From Wickerhamiella versatilis (taxonomy: Eukaryota): a stretch of DNA of 64,000 nucleotides. The notes under the pieces were generated by a model. The model saw only the letters and a program-made list of their open reading frames with translations. It did no database searches and had not been told where the DNA came from. The DNA lies in assembly GCA_030867685.1 (NCBI GenBank), contig JAQOWU010000007.1, forward strand, positions 2,542,001 through 2,606,000. Reading direction: 5' to 3'. A program made the position numbers and the translations under genes. Below are positions 52,517 to 62,119 of the stretch, piece by piece. Every line of letters begins with the position of its first letter. The first letter of the stretch is position 1.

Positions 52517-55030
52517 ATGCCTGAGGTAGGAACGTACGATCCAAAGTACTATGACCTTGTTAGACAAGATGTCCCAGTGACTGGCGACCCCCTTCCGGTG
52601 GATGCTAAGACAAGAGATAAACATGTCAAGCGCGACGAGCGGCTTATTCGTCTCACAGGCTCCCATCCATTAAACTGTGAGGCGCCTCTTTCGTTATTAT
52701 TTGATCAAGGATTTATTACACCTCACCAGCTTCATTTTGTTCGGAATCATGGGCCAGTCCCTGAGGTCTCTGATAAAGAGGCAGAAGACTGGACTTTCAG
52801 CGTTGAGGGAATGGTTGATAACCCACAAAAAATAAGCTTGAAGAAAGTAATGGAATTAGAAACAATCACATTGCCTGTGACACTTGTTTGTTCAGGTAAC
52901 AGGCGAGGTGAGCAGAACGAAGTCAAAAAAGGAAAGGGGTTTAACTGGGGATCTGGAGGGGTTTCAACAAGTTTATGGACTGGAACCTTGCTCAGGAACA
53001 TTATCAATATTGCAGGCATCAAGGATGGTGCACGCTTTGTTCATTTTGAAGGAGCGGAGGTACTTCCCAACGGTAACTACGGAACATCAATTCGCTTGGA
53101 AATAGTCATGGATTATCATAAAGCAGTTATGGTGTCATGGAAACAAAATGGACTTCCCTTAACCCCCGACCATGGGCGTCCTGTTCGACTTGTTATTCCA
53201 GGAATGATCGGAGGTCGATCAATTAAGTGGCTGAAGCGCATTATCCTGAGCGATAAACCATCAAGCAATTGGTACCATTACTACGATAATAGGGTACTAC
53301 CAACAATGGTATCTGATGAGCAAACAAGAAATGAAGATATCTGGTGGAGAGACGAGAGATACTGCATATATAACCTCAATGTTCAATCAGTTACAGTTTA
53401 TCCCGAACACAATGAGAAGTTGCTAAAGGAGCGAGAAGGGTCTTACAACATTAAAGGTTATGCATATGCTGGAGGAGGGGCACGTATAAGTCGTGTTGAG
53501 ATATCAATGGACCGCGGTCGTAACTGGCGTCTAGCGAATATACGATATCCCGAAGATGAATATGCAAAGCTTGGCATCACGCAACTCTTTGGAGGAAAAG
53601 TAGACTTAGACAAACGCTATCTCTGCTTCTGTTGGTGTTTTTGGAGTTTGAAAATCCCTATCTCTGATATTATAAGTGCTAAGGACATTGTTGTCAGAGC
53701 AGTGGACGAGAATATGGCCATTCAACCTCGAGATATGTACTGGAACTTACTTTCCATGGTTTCCAACTCTTGGTTTCGTGTTGCTATCGTAGATGAGGGT
53801 TCTAACGTTAAGTTTGAGCATCCTACGCACCTCCACCATACCGATGGCTGGATGGATAGAGTTCGTCAGAAGGGAGGGAATTTATTGGGGCAAGATTGGG
53901 GTGAGGATTCCTTGCCTGGAAGTCGGGAATCACAGCAACCTCCCAAGGAAGAAGTTAAAATGACTCTCGACGAGAAAAAGGATGTTGTGATCACTCGAGA
54001 GGAGCTTGCTAAACATTCTGGTGAAAATAACCCATGGTTTATTGTCAATGGCCAAGTTTACGATGGCACTAAGTATTTAAACCAGCACCCTGGTGGCGCT
54101 GATAGTATTATCATGACGGCAGGAGCTGATGCTACTGATGACTTCATGGCCATTCATTCGGATACGGCAAAAGAAATTCTACAGCAATTCCATTTAGGTC
54201 GTCTTGAGAATTCAGATGTTGAGAAGAATGGTTCTCTAGTTGATGAAATCGATGAAAGACCCCTTACAACTTTCTTGAATCCTAAAAAATGGAAGGCTGT
54301 AAAGCTTTTGAAACGGTCTGAGCTCTCCAGAGATGTTAGGCTCTATGAATTCGCTTTTGATACGCCAGATCAAACATCAGGTCTCCCTGTGGGTCATCAT
54401 ATCTTTTGCCGCATTAAGAATGCATCAGGACAGGCTATTGTTCGTGCATATACGCCATTGAGTGATCATCGAACAAAAGGAATACTCAAATTACTTGTCA
54501 AAATTTATTTTCCCACAGAAAATCTACCTGGGGGACGTATGGGGGGATTATTGGAACAGTTAAGTATTGGTGATGAGCTAGAAATCAAAGGCCCAATTGG
54601 TTCCTTCACATATTTTGGTAATGGCGAGTGTTGCCATAAAGGTGAGGAGATAAAAGCATCTTGTATCTATATGGTAGCAGGTGGATCAGGCATCACTCCT
54701 TGTTACCAAGTACTCAAGGAATTAGCACGCGAGGGTGATCCAACAAAAGTTATTCTGATGTTTGGTAATCAAACAGTTGATGATATTGTGTGTCGTGATG
54801 AGCTAGAGACTTTCGCGGCTAATGATCGAGTGAAAATCAAGTACTGGCTCGCGTCACCACCTCCCGATTGGAAGGGTGAGAAAGGATATATCACACCAGA
54901 TTATCTCGATGCTACAATTACAAATAAGGACTCACTTCTACTTGTTTGTGGGCCACCAGGAATGATCAATTCCGTGAAGAACTGGGTGGAAAAATCGAAA
55001 TATGATCCCAATCGGTTGGTGGTATTTTGA
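52517..55030 (+). CDS. YNR1: Assimilatory NAD(P)H nitrate reductase
   Basis: Moco domain (RLTGSHPLNCEAP, FVRNHGPVP, VCSGNRR), cytochrome b5 (HPGG) and FAD/NAD domain (RAYTP, GGSGITP, CGPPGM). Confidence 0.95.
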   Translation: MPEVGTYDPKYYDLVRQDVPVTGDPLPVDAKTRDKHVKRDERLIRLTGSHPLNCEAPLSLLFDQGFITPHQLHFVRNHGPVPEVSDKEAEDWTFSVEGMVDNPQKISLKKVMELETITLPVTLVCSGNRRGEQNEVKKGKGFNWGSGGVSTSLWTGTLLRNIINIAGIKDGARFVHFEGAEVLPNGNYGTSIRLEIVMDYHKAVMVSWKQNGLPLTPDHGRPVRLVIPGMIGGRSIKWLKRIILSDKPSSNWYHYYDNRVLPTMVSDEQTRNEDIWWRDERYCIYNLNVQSVTVYPEHNEKLLKEREGSYNIKGYAYAGGGARISRVEISMDRGRNWRLANIRYPEDEYAKLGITQLFGGKVDLDKRYLCFCWCFWSLKIPISDIISAKDIVVRAVDENMAIQPRDMYWNLLSMVSNSWFRVAIVDEGSNVKFEHPTHLHHTDGWMDRVRQKGGNLLGQDWGEDSLPGSRESQQPPKEEVKMTLDEKKDVVITREELAKHSGENNPWFIVNGQVYDGTKYLNQHPGGADSIIMTAGADATDDFMAIHSDTAKEILQQFHLGRLENSDVEKNGSLVDEIDERPLTTFLNPKKWKAVKLLKRSELSRDVRLYEFAFDTPDQTSGLPVGHHIFCRIKNASGQAIVRAYTPLSDHRTKGILKLLVKIYFPTENLPGGRMGGLLEQLSIGDELEIKGPIGSFTYFGNGECCHKGEEIKASCIYMVAGGSGITPCYQVLKELAREGDPTKVILMFGNQTVDDIVCRDELETFAANDRVKIKYWLASPPPDWKGEKGYITPDYLDATITNKDSLLLVCGPPGMINSVKNWVEKSKYDPNRLVVF

Positions 55031-55245
55031 AAGCCTACTATAATACTATAAGAATATTTCTTAGACTAAACTATTGAGCCTTGTAAAGATATCCTAGAAG
55101 AGCTTGGCAATTATATCTTTAATAAACGTCTGTTTGTTACAGTCCATGATATGTGTATGATGGTTTGATAATAAAGGGTTATTATGGGTAGTGCTTAGGA
55201 AAGGCCCAATATATCGATATCTAGTGTTATAACGAGTGGCAAGTC

Positions 55246-55274
55246 CTGGTTGGACAATGCAAGATAGCCCACTT
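55246..55274 (+). repeat. 41-bp repeat, 29-nt perfect part
   Basis: ctggttggacaatgcaagatagcccactt. Confidence 0.92.
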
Positions 55275-55920
55275 TGCTTGGTGCTTCGCTATATGATACC
55301 ACTCACTTCAGTGTTACTTTATTTCTCATTTTGATATCTTATAGGAAATTGATAGAACAAATCAAGTATACGGCTATTCCACTAGGAATACAACATATTC
55401 AATAGCATACGACAGCTTTTAGATAAATAGTAACAGAGGTCAACAATCAGAGATCTAAAACACCACAAGGCGATCAAGATGGGAGTGGCATTCAGAACAG
55501 TCGTGAAAAACAGATCCCAGGGAAAAGGCTCAACAATTTCGATGTTGAAGCCTCGCCGTTGCATCATATAGACTAAGTGGTCTATCCAATCGTTCGAACA
55601 ACAGGAGTTCAGAACATGTTGCATTGCCCAACTGGACCAACTACAAGATAGCCCGTTATCCCTATGTCTTTCCCACTCTGATGTCATTGACTCAGCTAAA
55701 TGTAATTGCTTTTTGCCATTAGCATAAGGCCAATAGAAGACAAGACTTCTCTCAGGTACCCTAGTATGTCCCATTCTCTGAAAATTATCGGTAGCATTTT
55801 CAATATCCGCTATTACGAAATAGAGCCCATCTCCAGCTGAATGCTGTTGAATCCAATTTAACGCGACAAAAACGAAAACGAAAACTAGATTTAATAACTA
55901 CTTATTTCAAAAAAGGTCAT

Positions 55921-58900
55921 CTATATCAGTCGAAGAAGATGCAAGCCGTTAGCATACTTACCGATCAAGGGCTTATCTATATATGGGCTCTGAAAATCTG
56001 AAGTAAACTTTTTCTGATGCAAAGCTTCCCAAAAGCGCCTTGTTGAAGCAATAGATCCACACGTAGGTTTTAATGGCTTCCTATAGCTGTGTAAAAGTGG
56101 CAATAAGGACGCAGATTGTTGCCGAAGCGGTAAATCATTGAGGTTGTTTTCAAATTGCTGAAGCCAATCCGAATACTCAGCTACACGCTCTATATCGTAG
56201 CCATAGGCAATCAACCAATCAACAAACTCATCTAGCCCAATCCCGTCGTCATGGGGATTCATCACATGATATGTAGCAAACCCCTCTTGTGATAATGCCA
56301 GCGAACAAATGGCTCTCGAAACAAAATCAACCGGTAGCCCATCATAGTGAGCCCGCTGTTTCATGCCCTCAGTATCTAATTCATAGAAAGAATGTGGTGC
56401 TTTTCCTGTAGCAATCAAGCTGAAAACAAGACGAGTAAACATATCTTGCTCATTCAGCTGGCCTGAGTATGTCGTATTTGCCAGTATCATTCCACACCGG
56501 AATACTGACACAGGAAGCCGTAATTGGTCATGCGCTTGTCTTAGCAAGACCTCACCTGCCCACTTACTATGACCATAACCACTGGCATAACTATTGTCAA
56601 TTTTTCGTGAAGGACACATGTCTATGACGTCTATATCCTCCGTAAAATTGTCACGTGATACACCGTTTCCAACTGCTACTGATGAAACATGCACAAACTG
56701 CTTGAGCTTTGAGGTAATCGCAAACCGAATTAATTCAGCTGTACCTACCACATTCGGTTCAAATAGCTGATCATAGGGCAGTACATGATTTACCATAGCA
56801 GCTGAATCGACGATCATATCGACATCGCATGATAGTCTCTGCCAGGTGTCATTCTCTAAGCCAAGTTGTTCTTCAGACTTATCACCAGCTACCACCTCAA
56901 GAGTATTAGTCGCTAAGTCACGGAAATGTGCTAACAGACTTGAATCGCCCTTATCAAAAGACCGATAGAGTCGGTCTAATCCCTCTGAAGCATTTTTCGC
57001 CCGGATCAAGCAAATAAGCTTACCTCCAATTCTTTCCAACTGTTGCAATAATTCGAAAGCAAGATGTCGACCAAGAAATCCAGTGGCTCCAGTCAACAGG
57101 ATAGTGCGAGGTTCGCCTTTAACATTAGGCAAAGACGAGGCGCGCAAAAGAGTTTCGCTGTCTACAAACTTGTCCAAGGCTAGGTCTGTGGAAAAAACTT
57201 TTTCTACATTCCTACCATGAATCGTAGCATATGTTGGTTTTCCTGTTCCACCGTTCTGCTGACTTTCGATATAATCCGCAAGTGACTGGAAATCTGAAGT
57301 AGGAGAAACTATCAAGGCAACGGGTACCGATATGTCATAGATTTCTTGAAGCATGTTAGAAAATGTTAAGGCAGAAAGTGAATCGCCGCCAATTTCAGTA
57401 AAATTCGATTTACCGCTCAAATTTTCTATGGAACCTAAGATCCCGATGGATACACGAATCACAGTTGTCAGTACTGATTTCTGCTCGATATCATGTGTAA
57501 GGTCATGAATCAACTTCCTTCGGTCCCCATCAGGCACTGCGCCCTTGATTTCTTCGGGTGGGATACTGGTATCTCGAAGGATGCGGCGCAAAATCTTACC
57601 GGATGCGGACTTAGGCACCTTATCAACAACGACAACGCCACCTGAAAGGTTTTTGTGTTGTGCAACCCTTTCCTTAAACCACCTAAGTATCTCGTTAACG
57701 TCTGTATCTGGTTGAAGCACCAAAAATGCCCGAGGGTGCTCAGTAGTCTGGGTGGCATCTGGAATGCCAACAACAGCAGCGTCTAAAACATTAGAGTGTG
57801 ATATTAGCACATTTTCAAGCTCTGCTGGCGCTACTTGGTGCCCTTTTGACTTGATAAGCTCCTTGATACGGTCAACAATTTGGAATTGTCCACTCTCATC
57901 CACAACGGCTACGTCGCCTGTCTTGAACCACCCACCTTCACTGAACGCCTCTTTTGTTGCTTTTTCGTCATTCAAGTAACCTCTCATGACCTGGGGACCT
58001 CGAACCCACAATTCACCCCTCCTTGAGTCCTTACCAGTTTCAGGATCGATGAGGCGAGCCTCAGTCCCAGGTAATAGCCAACCAACTGTAGCGGAGTCGT
58101 GTTCTGTCTCAAGCTGAGACCCTGAATGTGTACAGGGGGATGTTTCGGTAAGCCCATATCCTTGCAGAATAACGCAATTAGGAAATCTCTTCTTGAGAAG
58201 TGCTTGTGTGGATACTGACAATGGTGCGGCACCACACCTCAAATATCGTAGGTTCTGCTTGAGTTTAGGATAGTTATCCAGTAATGGGTGTTTTCCAAAG
58301 AGCAGCGCCATAGGTGGCACGAGCGTAATGACATCCACGTCATATTCGGAACACTTTTCGAGGAACGTGACAAGGTCAAATTTGGGAAAAACCACGATTG
58401 TTTGCACTCGGTAAACAGCGGCCCAAATGAAGGTGTTAAGACCAAATATGTGGCTCATTGGTAGTACGGCACCTACACAATGTTCACTTTTAATGGATGG
58501 GGTATCATGGTCGAAATACAGCTGGAGGATGTTTGTCAAAATATTCCTATGAGTAGTTATCACACCTTTGGGTAATCCTGAAGTTCCAGACGAGAAAGTA
58601 TAATATGCAGGATAATGGGCAGAATCTACTTCAACCGGTAAAGCCATTGGCGCCGAGGGAGCTTTAAGAAGGGCTCTAATTTTCGGTAGCAGTTCACTAA
58701 ACGTAACTATCTGTATCTCACTGACGGTGCCCTCTTTGATTGCCTCTCTGGCCGTTTGAGACCCCTCGTCAGATGTTATCAGAATACGAGGAGAAGTCAT
58801 CCTGAGTTGATGAGCAAGCTCTGTTGCATTGTACATAGAGCTAGCAGGACTCAGTATAGCTGCCAAGGCGATTGTGCCAAAATGAATCCCAGCCGTGTAA

Positions 58901-59148
58901 ATTGAATTTGGTGCGTATAAACAAACAACATTTCCTTGCGAAATACCATAATCATTGCGGAAAAGAGCAGCAATACGGAATACGAGGTCTTTGTACTCGC
59001 TGAACGTTATACTCTCTGACGTGATACCATCAACGTAAAGTACTCGGTCCAGTCTTTCTGAGGTTTGAAAGGGGGACTCGAAGAGTCTATTGATAGCATT
59101 TCCATCGGGAAATTCCGCTAATTCACCAAATGGGCATTTATAGATCAT
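55921..59148 (-). CDS. Carboxylic acid reductase-like A-T-R enzyme (fungal 4CL-like A domain plus actinobacterial CAR-type T-R)
   Basis: SSGTSGLPKGV, QGYGLTE, GWFKTGD, PKSASGKILRR; GGDSLSAL carrier motif; TGATGFLG, VNHVLPY, GYGHSKW, RAHYDGLPV. ATG at 59148. Confidence 0.92.
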   Translation of the reverse strand: MIYKCPFGELAEFPDGNAINRLFESPFQTSERLDRVLYVDGITSESITFSEYKDLVFRIAALFRNDYGISQGNVVCLYAPNSIYTAGIHFGTIALAAILSPASSMYNATELAHQLRMTSPRILITSDEGSQTAREAIKEGTVSEIQIVTFSELLPKIRALLKAPSAPMALPVEVDSAHYPAYYTFSSGTSGLPKGVITTHRNILTNILQLYFDHDTPSIKSEHCVGAVLPMSHIFGLNTFIWAAVYRVQTIVVFPKFDLVTFLEKCSEYDVDVITLVPPMALLFGKHPLLDNYPKLKQNLRYLRCGAAPLSVSTQALLKKRFPNCVILQGYGLTETSPCTHSGSQLETEHDSATVGWLLPGTEARLIDPETGKDSRRGELWVRGPQVMRGYLNDEKATKEAFSEGGWFKTGDVAVVDESGQFQIVDRIKELIKSKGHQVAPAELENVLISHSNVLDAAVVGIPDATQTTEHPRAFLVLQPDTDVNEILRWFKERVAQHKNLSGGVVVVDKVPKSASGKILRRILRDTSIPPEEIKGAVPDGDRRKLIHDLTHDIEQKSVLTTVIRVSIGILGSIENLSGKSNFTEIGGDSLSALTFSNMLQEIYDISVPVALIVSPTSDFQSLADYIESQQNGGTGKPTYATIHGRNVEKVFSTDLALDKFVDSETLLRASSLPNVKGEPRTILLTGATGFLGRHLAFELLQQLERIGGKLICLIRAKNASEGLDRLYRSFDKGDSSLLAHFRDLATNTLEVVAGDKSEEQLGLENDTWQRLSCDVDMIVDSAAMVNHVLPYDQLFEPNVVGTAELIRFAITSKLKQFVHVSSVAVGNGVSRDNFTEDIDVIDMCPSRKIDNSYASGYGHSKWAGEVLLRQAHDQLRLPVSVFRCGMILANTTYSGQLNEQDMFTRLVFSLIATGKAPHSFYELDTEGMKQRAHYDGLPVDFVSRAICSLALSQEGFATYHVMNPHDDGIGLDEFVDWLIAYGYDIERVAEYSDWLQQFENNLNDLPLRQQSASLLPLLHSYRKPLKPTCGSIASTRRFWEALHQKKFTSDFQSPYIDKPLIGKYANGLHLLRLI

Positions 59149-59214
59149 AAGGAGGAGTTGGTCGTTCAATCACAGAAAGACTGGTAACGGTTGTGAGGGG
59201 TGCTTATAAATCCT

Positions 59215-59240
59215 GTTGGGCAATGCATGATAGCCCACTA
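59215..59240 (+). repeat. 41-bp repeat, partial
   Basis: gttgggcaatgcatgatagcccacta. Confidence 0.85.
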
Positions 59241-59680
59241 TATAACAGGATTTGTCTCGACTTATCTTTGCATTCATAGATCATTTCAGATTAAATATGC
59301 ACACTTGCACTGGTGTATAAGCCATTGCCGTAATACAACGGTTTCGAAAGCAATGTTAAGCCTTCTTCACCTAGAAACATATACAGGTATGTTGACATCG
59401 ATTCACGAATAAGTAATTTTAATTGTTGGATGAAAAAAAGCAAAACATTCGTCCATTATGGATTATATATAAGTCTTTTAGGTGGATTTGGTGTTCCTTC
59501 ATATAAGGCTAATATGATAATTTAAGATGGTAGTAGGAAACATAGGATGCCATTTGACTACGTAATGACAAATAAAGTGAAGAAGGTTCCAGTGCCTAAT
59601 GGTATTCAATATAATAGTGAAGTCCAACTACATGTTTCCCATACAACAGAGGTTCCTACACTAAGAAGTAACGAAGAATA

Positions 59681-59699
59681 CAAGATAGCCCACTTCACT
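59681..59699 (+). repeat. Repeat fragment spanning the tandem junction
   Basis: caagatagcccacttcact; another fragment at 61623-61638. Confidence 0.8.
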
Positions 59700-62119
59700 T
59701 GGTTAATTGTAATCAAGACATATGACGCATACCGCGAGGCGGTGCTATAGTCACCTCAGGCTATTAAAATTGACATCAATATAACGATACTTTAAGTATG
59801 GATTGATTTACGCCACAGTTGTGAGTTACATGTGCATATACTGGCTTTTCCTACGGAAGGAGGTCGTGATATAGATCAAGGAATCTAAATTTAACACGAA
59901 GGGTGGAAGAATTCATTCAACGCTTGATATCTACTCAAATTGAGCGAGGAAGATGGCATCAATGCTGTCGTATCAAAGGGAACACTAGGGCCAGTGCACC
60001 AACATTATTGATACGTAGACACTCGCCTCAGTAGTTGGGCCGTCTAAATTTTTAAGGTATGACTCAGTCCTAACGTGTGACCAAGCCATCCGTGTTACTC
60101 ATCCGAGCACAACCTCACATAAATGTATAGATCCAACATCGGCAAAAGATAATTGAAACCAGAGCGGCCTTAATGTGATTAAATTTGACAGGAATGCAGC
60201 ATATAGATCCAGAAACCCCATTAAACAAAGCACGCATATCTTATTATGATTTACCCCCTTTCCTCATTACTTATTCATATATAAAAGGAACTTAATGAAG
60301 CGATATCGCTCACTTTCTTGGTTACACTGAAGGTATATCACGATAGCTATCTCACTCCTCAGCATCAGATTAGATCCGAACAAAAGTTTAGATATTCCCC
60401 TCATACTTTCTATACTGTACATTTCTGCGACGGTCTGCGACAGCCAGAGTTCAACCGCATAAATAATCATAACCGTCCATTTTCGTATGATATACAGACA
60501 ATAATAACAGTGATCTTAAAACTTCCTGCAACATCAGAGCTAGTTTGCAGCTCTAGATCGGGCATTAGTCATGGATATTTGTATGACCTAGGGTTTAGAA
60601 ACGCCCACCAAAAAAACCCGCATTAGGGCACTAAGACAAGCCTGGAGAATAAAACTGCACCTGACCATCTTAAAAGAGGCTCTAAAGACCACGATTGCGG
60701 GACGCTTATCCTGATTTCTCTTAGATTTTGACTTGCTACAATGTGTCGAGCAGAGAAGTTTATGCAAGATACCATTTGTAAATGCCTCAAATGCCTCATT
60801 GTCTTGTCCATCTCACCCATCCCATCATTAATGAGCTAGGTTAATAGAGGACATGATCGCCGGATTAAGCTCAATGTAACGTTAGTGCTTAGTGCTTTTC
60901 AATGTCCAAAAGCATAGTTTTTTATGGTACAGGTCAAGCTTACGCTGCCCTTTGATACACCTTAGGACATCTCGGGGAAACGAAGTGAAACGTCTAAAAA
61001 AGAAATGCAAAATTATCCAAGGTTTTCTAGGCATCTAGAAGCCACAAATCTCAGCAGTGCGTCCGCATCAAGGCCACAATCTCAAATCTACTGGGAAACT
61101 CCAATATGCACACCAAGAAACGACTAAAAGACTACTTTACGGTGGTTTTGTGAAAATTCAACATTACTTACAGCATAACTTGTCAGTTTTTGCCCATGTT
61201 CGTGTGGATGTGCCAACAGTAATATAACCCTACTCCATATGCAGGGATTTTCTAACTCCTTTGTCAGTAGGTGCACACCGATGAAATAGATATTGTTGTC
61301 GACAAGATTTTGACTTAGGGCGTGATGATAATACGGTGACAATACCTTTCCTAGTCAGTGAGTATCCTGTATAAAGGATAAGCAGCTTGATAACCGGTAC
61401 TCTACGTGTCATGGGCCCATCATATGGTGGCGTCCAAGTTGTGGATATTACATCAAACAAAAAGATCTATGCAATTAATCGCATGGTATTCAGGTAGAAC
61501 TAACGGTTTTCATGGTCTACTTCGTAACCATGGCAATACGGATTTCCATTTTATTCCTAAACGACTTGAAAAGACTCTGGTTCAGGCATTTTTTGACACT
61601 TTTCGCAAGGAGCTCAAGAAGAGCAAAATAGCCCACTTTAGGATATTTTCAAGTTAAGGGTTTTGAGTGCGCCATACATAACAGGAAAATAGGACTTGCC
61701 GTAATGAATAAGAAGACTGATGAGACGAGCCCGCCCATCCCACATAAAGATTTATTTTTGATTTGTTCATTTTTGTTATTTCCACCAAACCACTTACAGG
61801 CTGTAAGTAGAGGATGCCATTTGGGCGATGCAGCAAAATGTATATATAGTCAGTTTATACAGGGTACGGGGTTGCGCCCTTGCTGATTTTGCATATGTAG
61901 CCAGATGCTAAAGATCTCCTTCTGAGTATAGTAGATTGTACTTATAGACTATGTGTTAGGCGTAAAAAAATTTTTTGTGCGTTGAGCTGAAACTTCTGGA
62001 CACAGCAACTCTTATGGTAACGGAATATCTTAATTCGTTCAACATACAGCCTGCAGCTTACTTAAATACCAAAAAGAGTTTATAAAAAGCGGGAATTCTC
62101 AGCTAGGTAATATCGGAAT

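Noticed and set aside
55382-55774. 130-aa minus-strand ORF
   Set aside because: No recognisable motif and it contains repeat fragments; cannot be supported as a gene.
3672-61638. CRISPR array interpretation of the 36-41-bp repeat
   Set aside because: Spacing is 0.2-5 kb and irregular, copies are partial, permuted and on both strands, no cas genes are present, and the context is eukaryotic.
59250-62100. ~2.9-kb stretch without a credible gene; checked for a recombinase, RT or ncRNA
   Set aside because: Only short motif-less ORFs and repeat fragments; nothing identifiable by eye, though a degraded element or ncRNA cannot be excluded.
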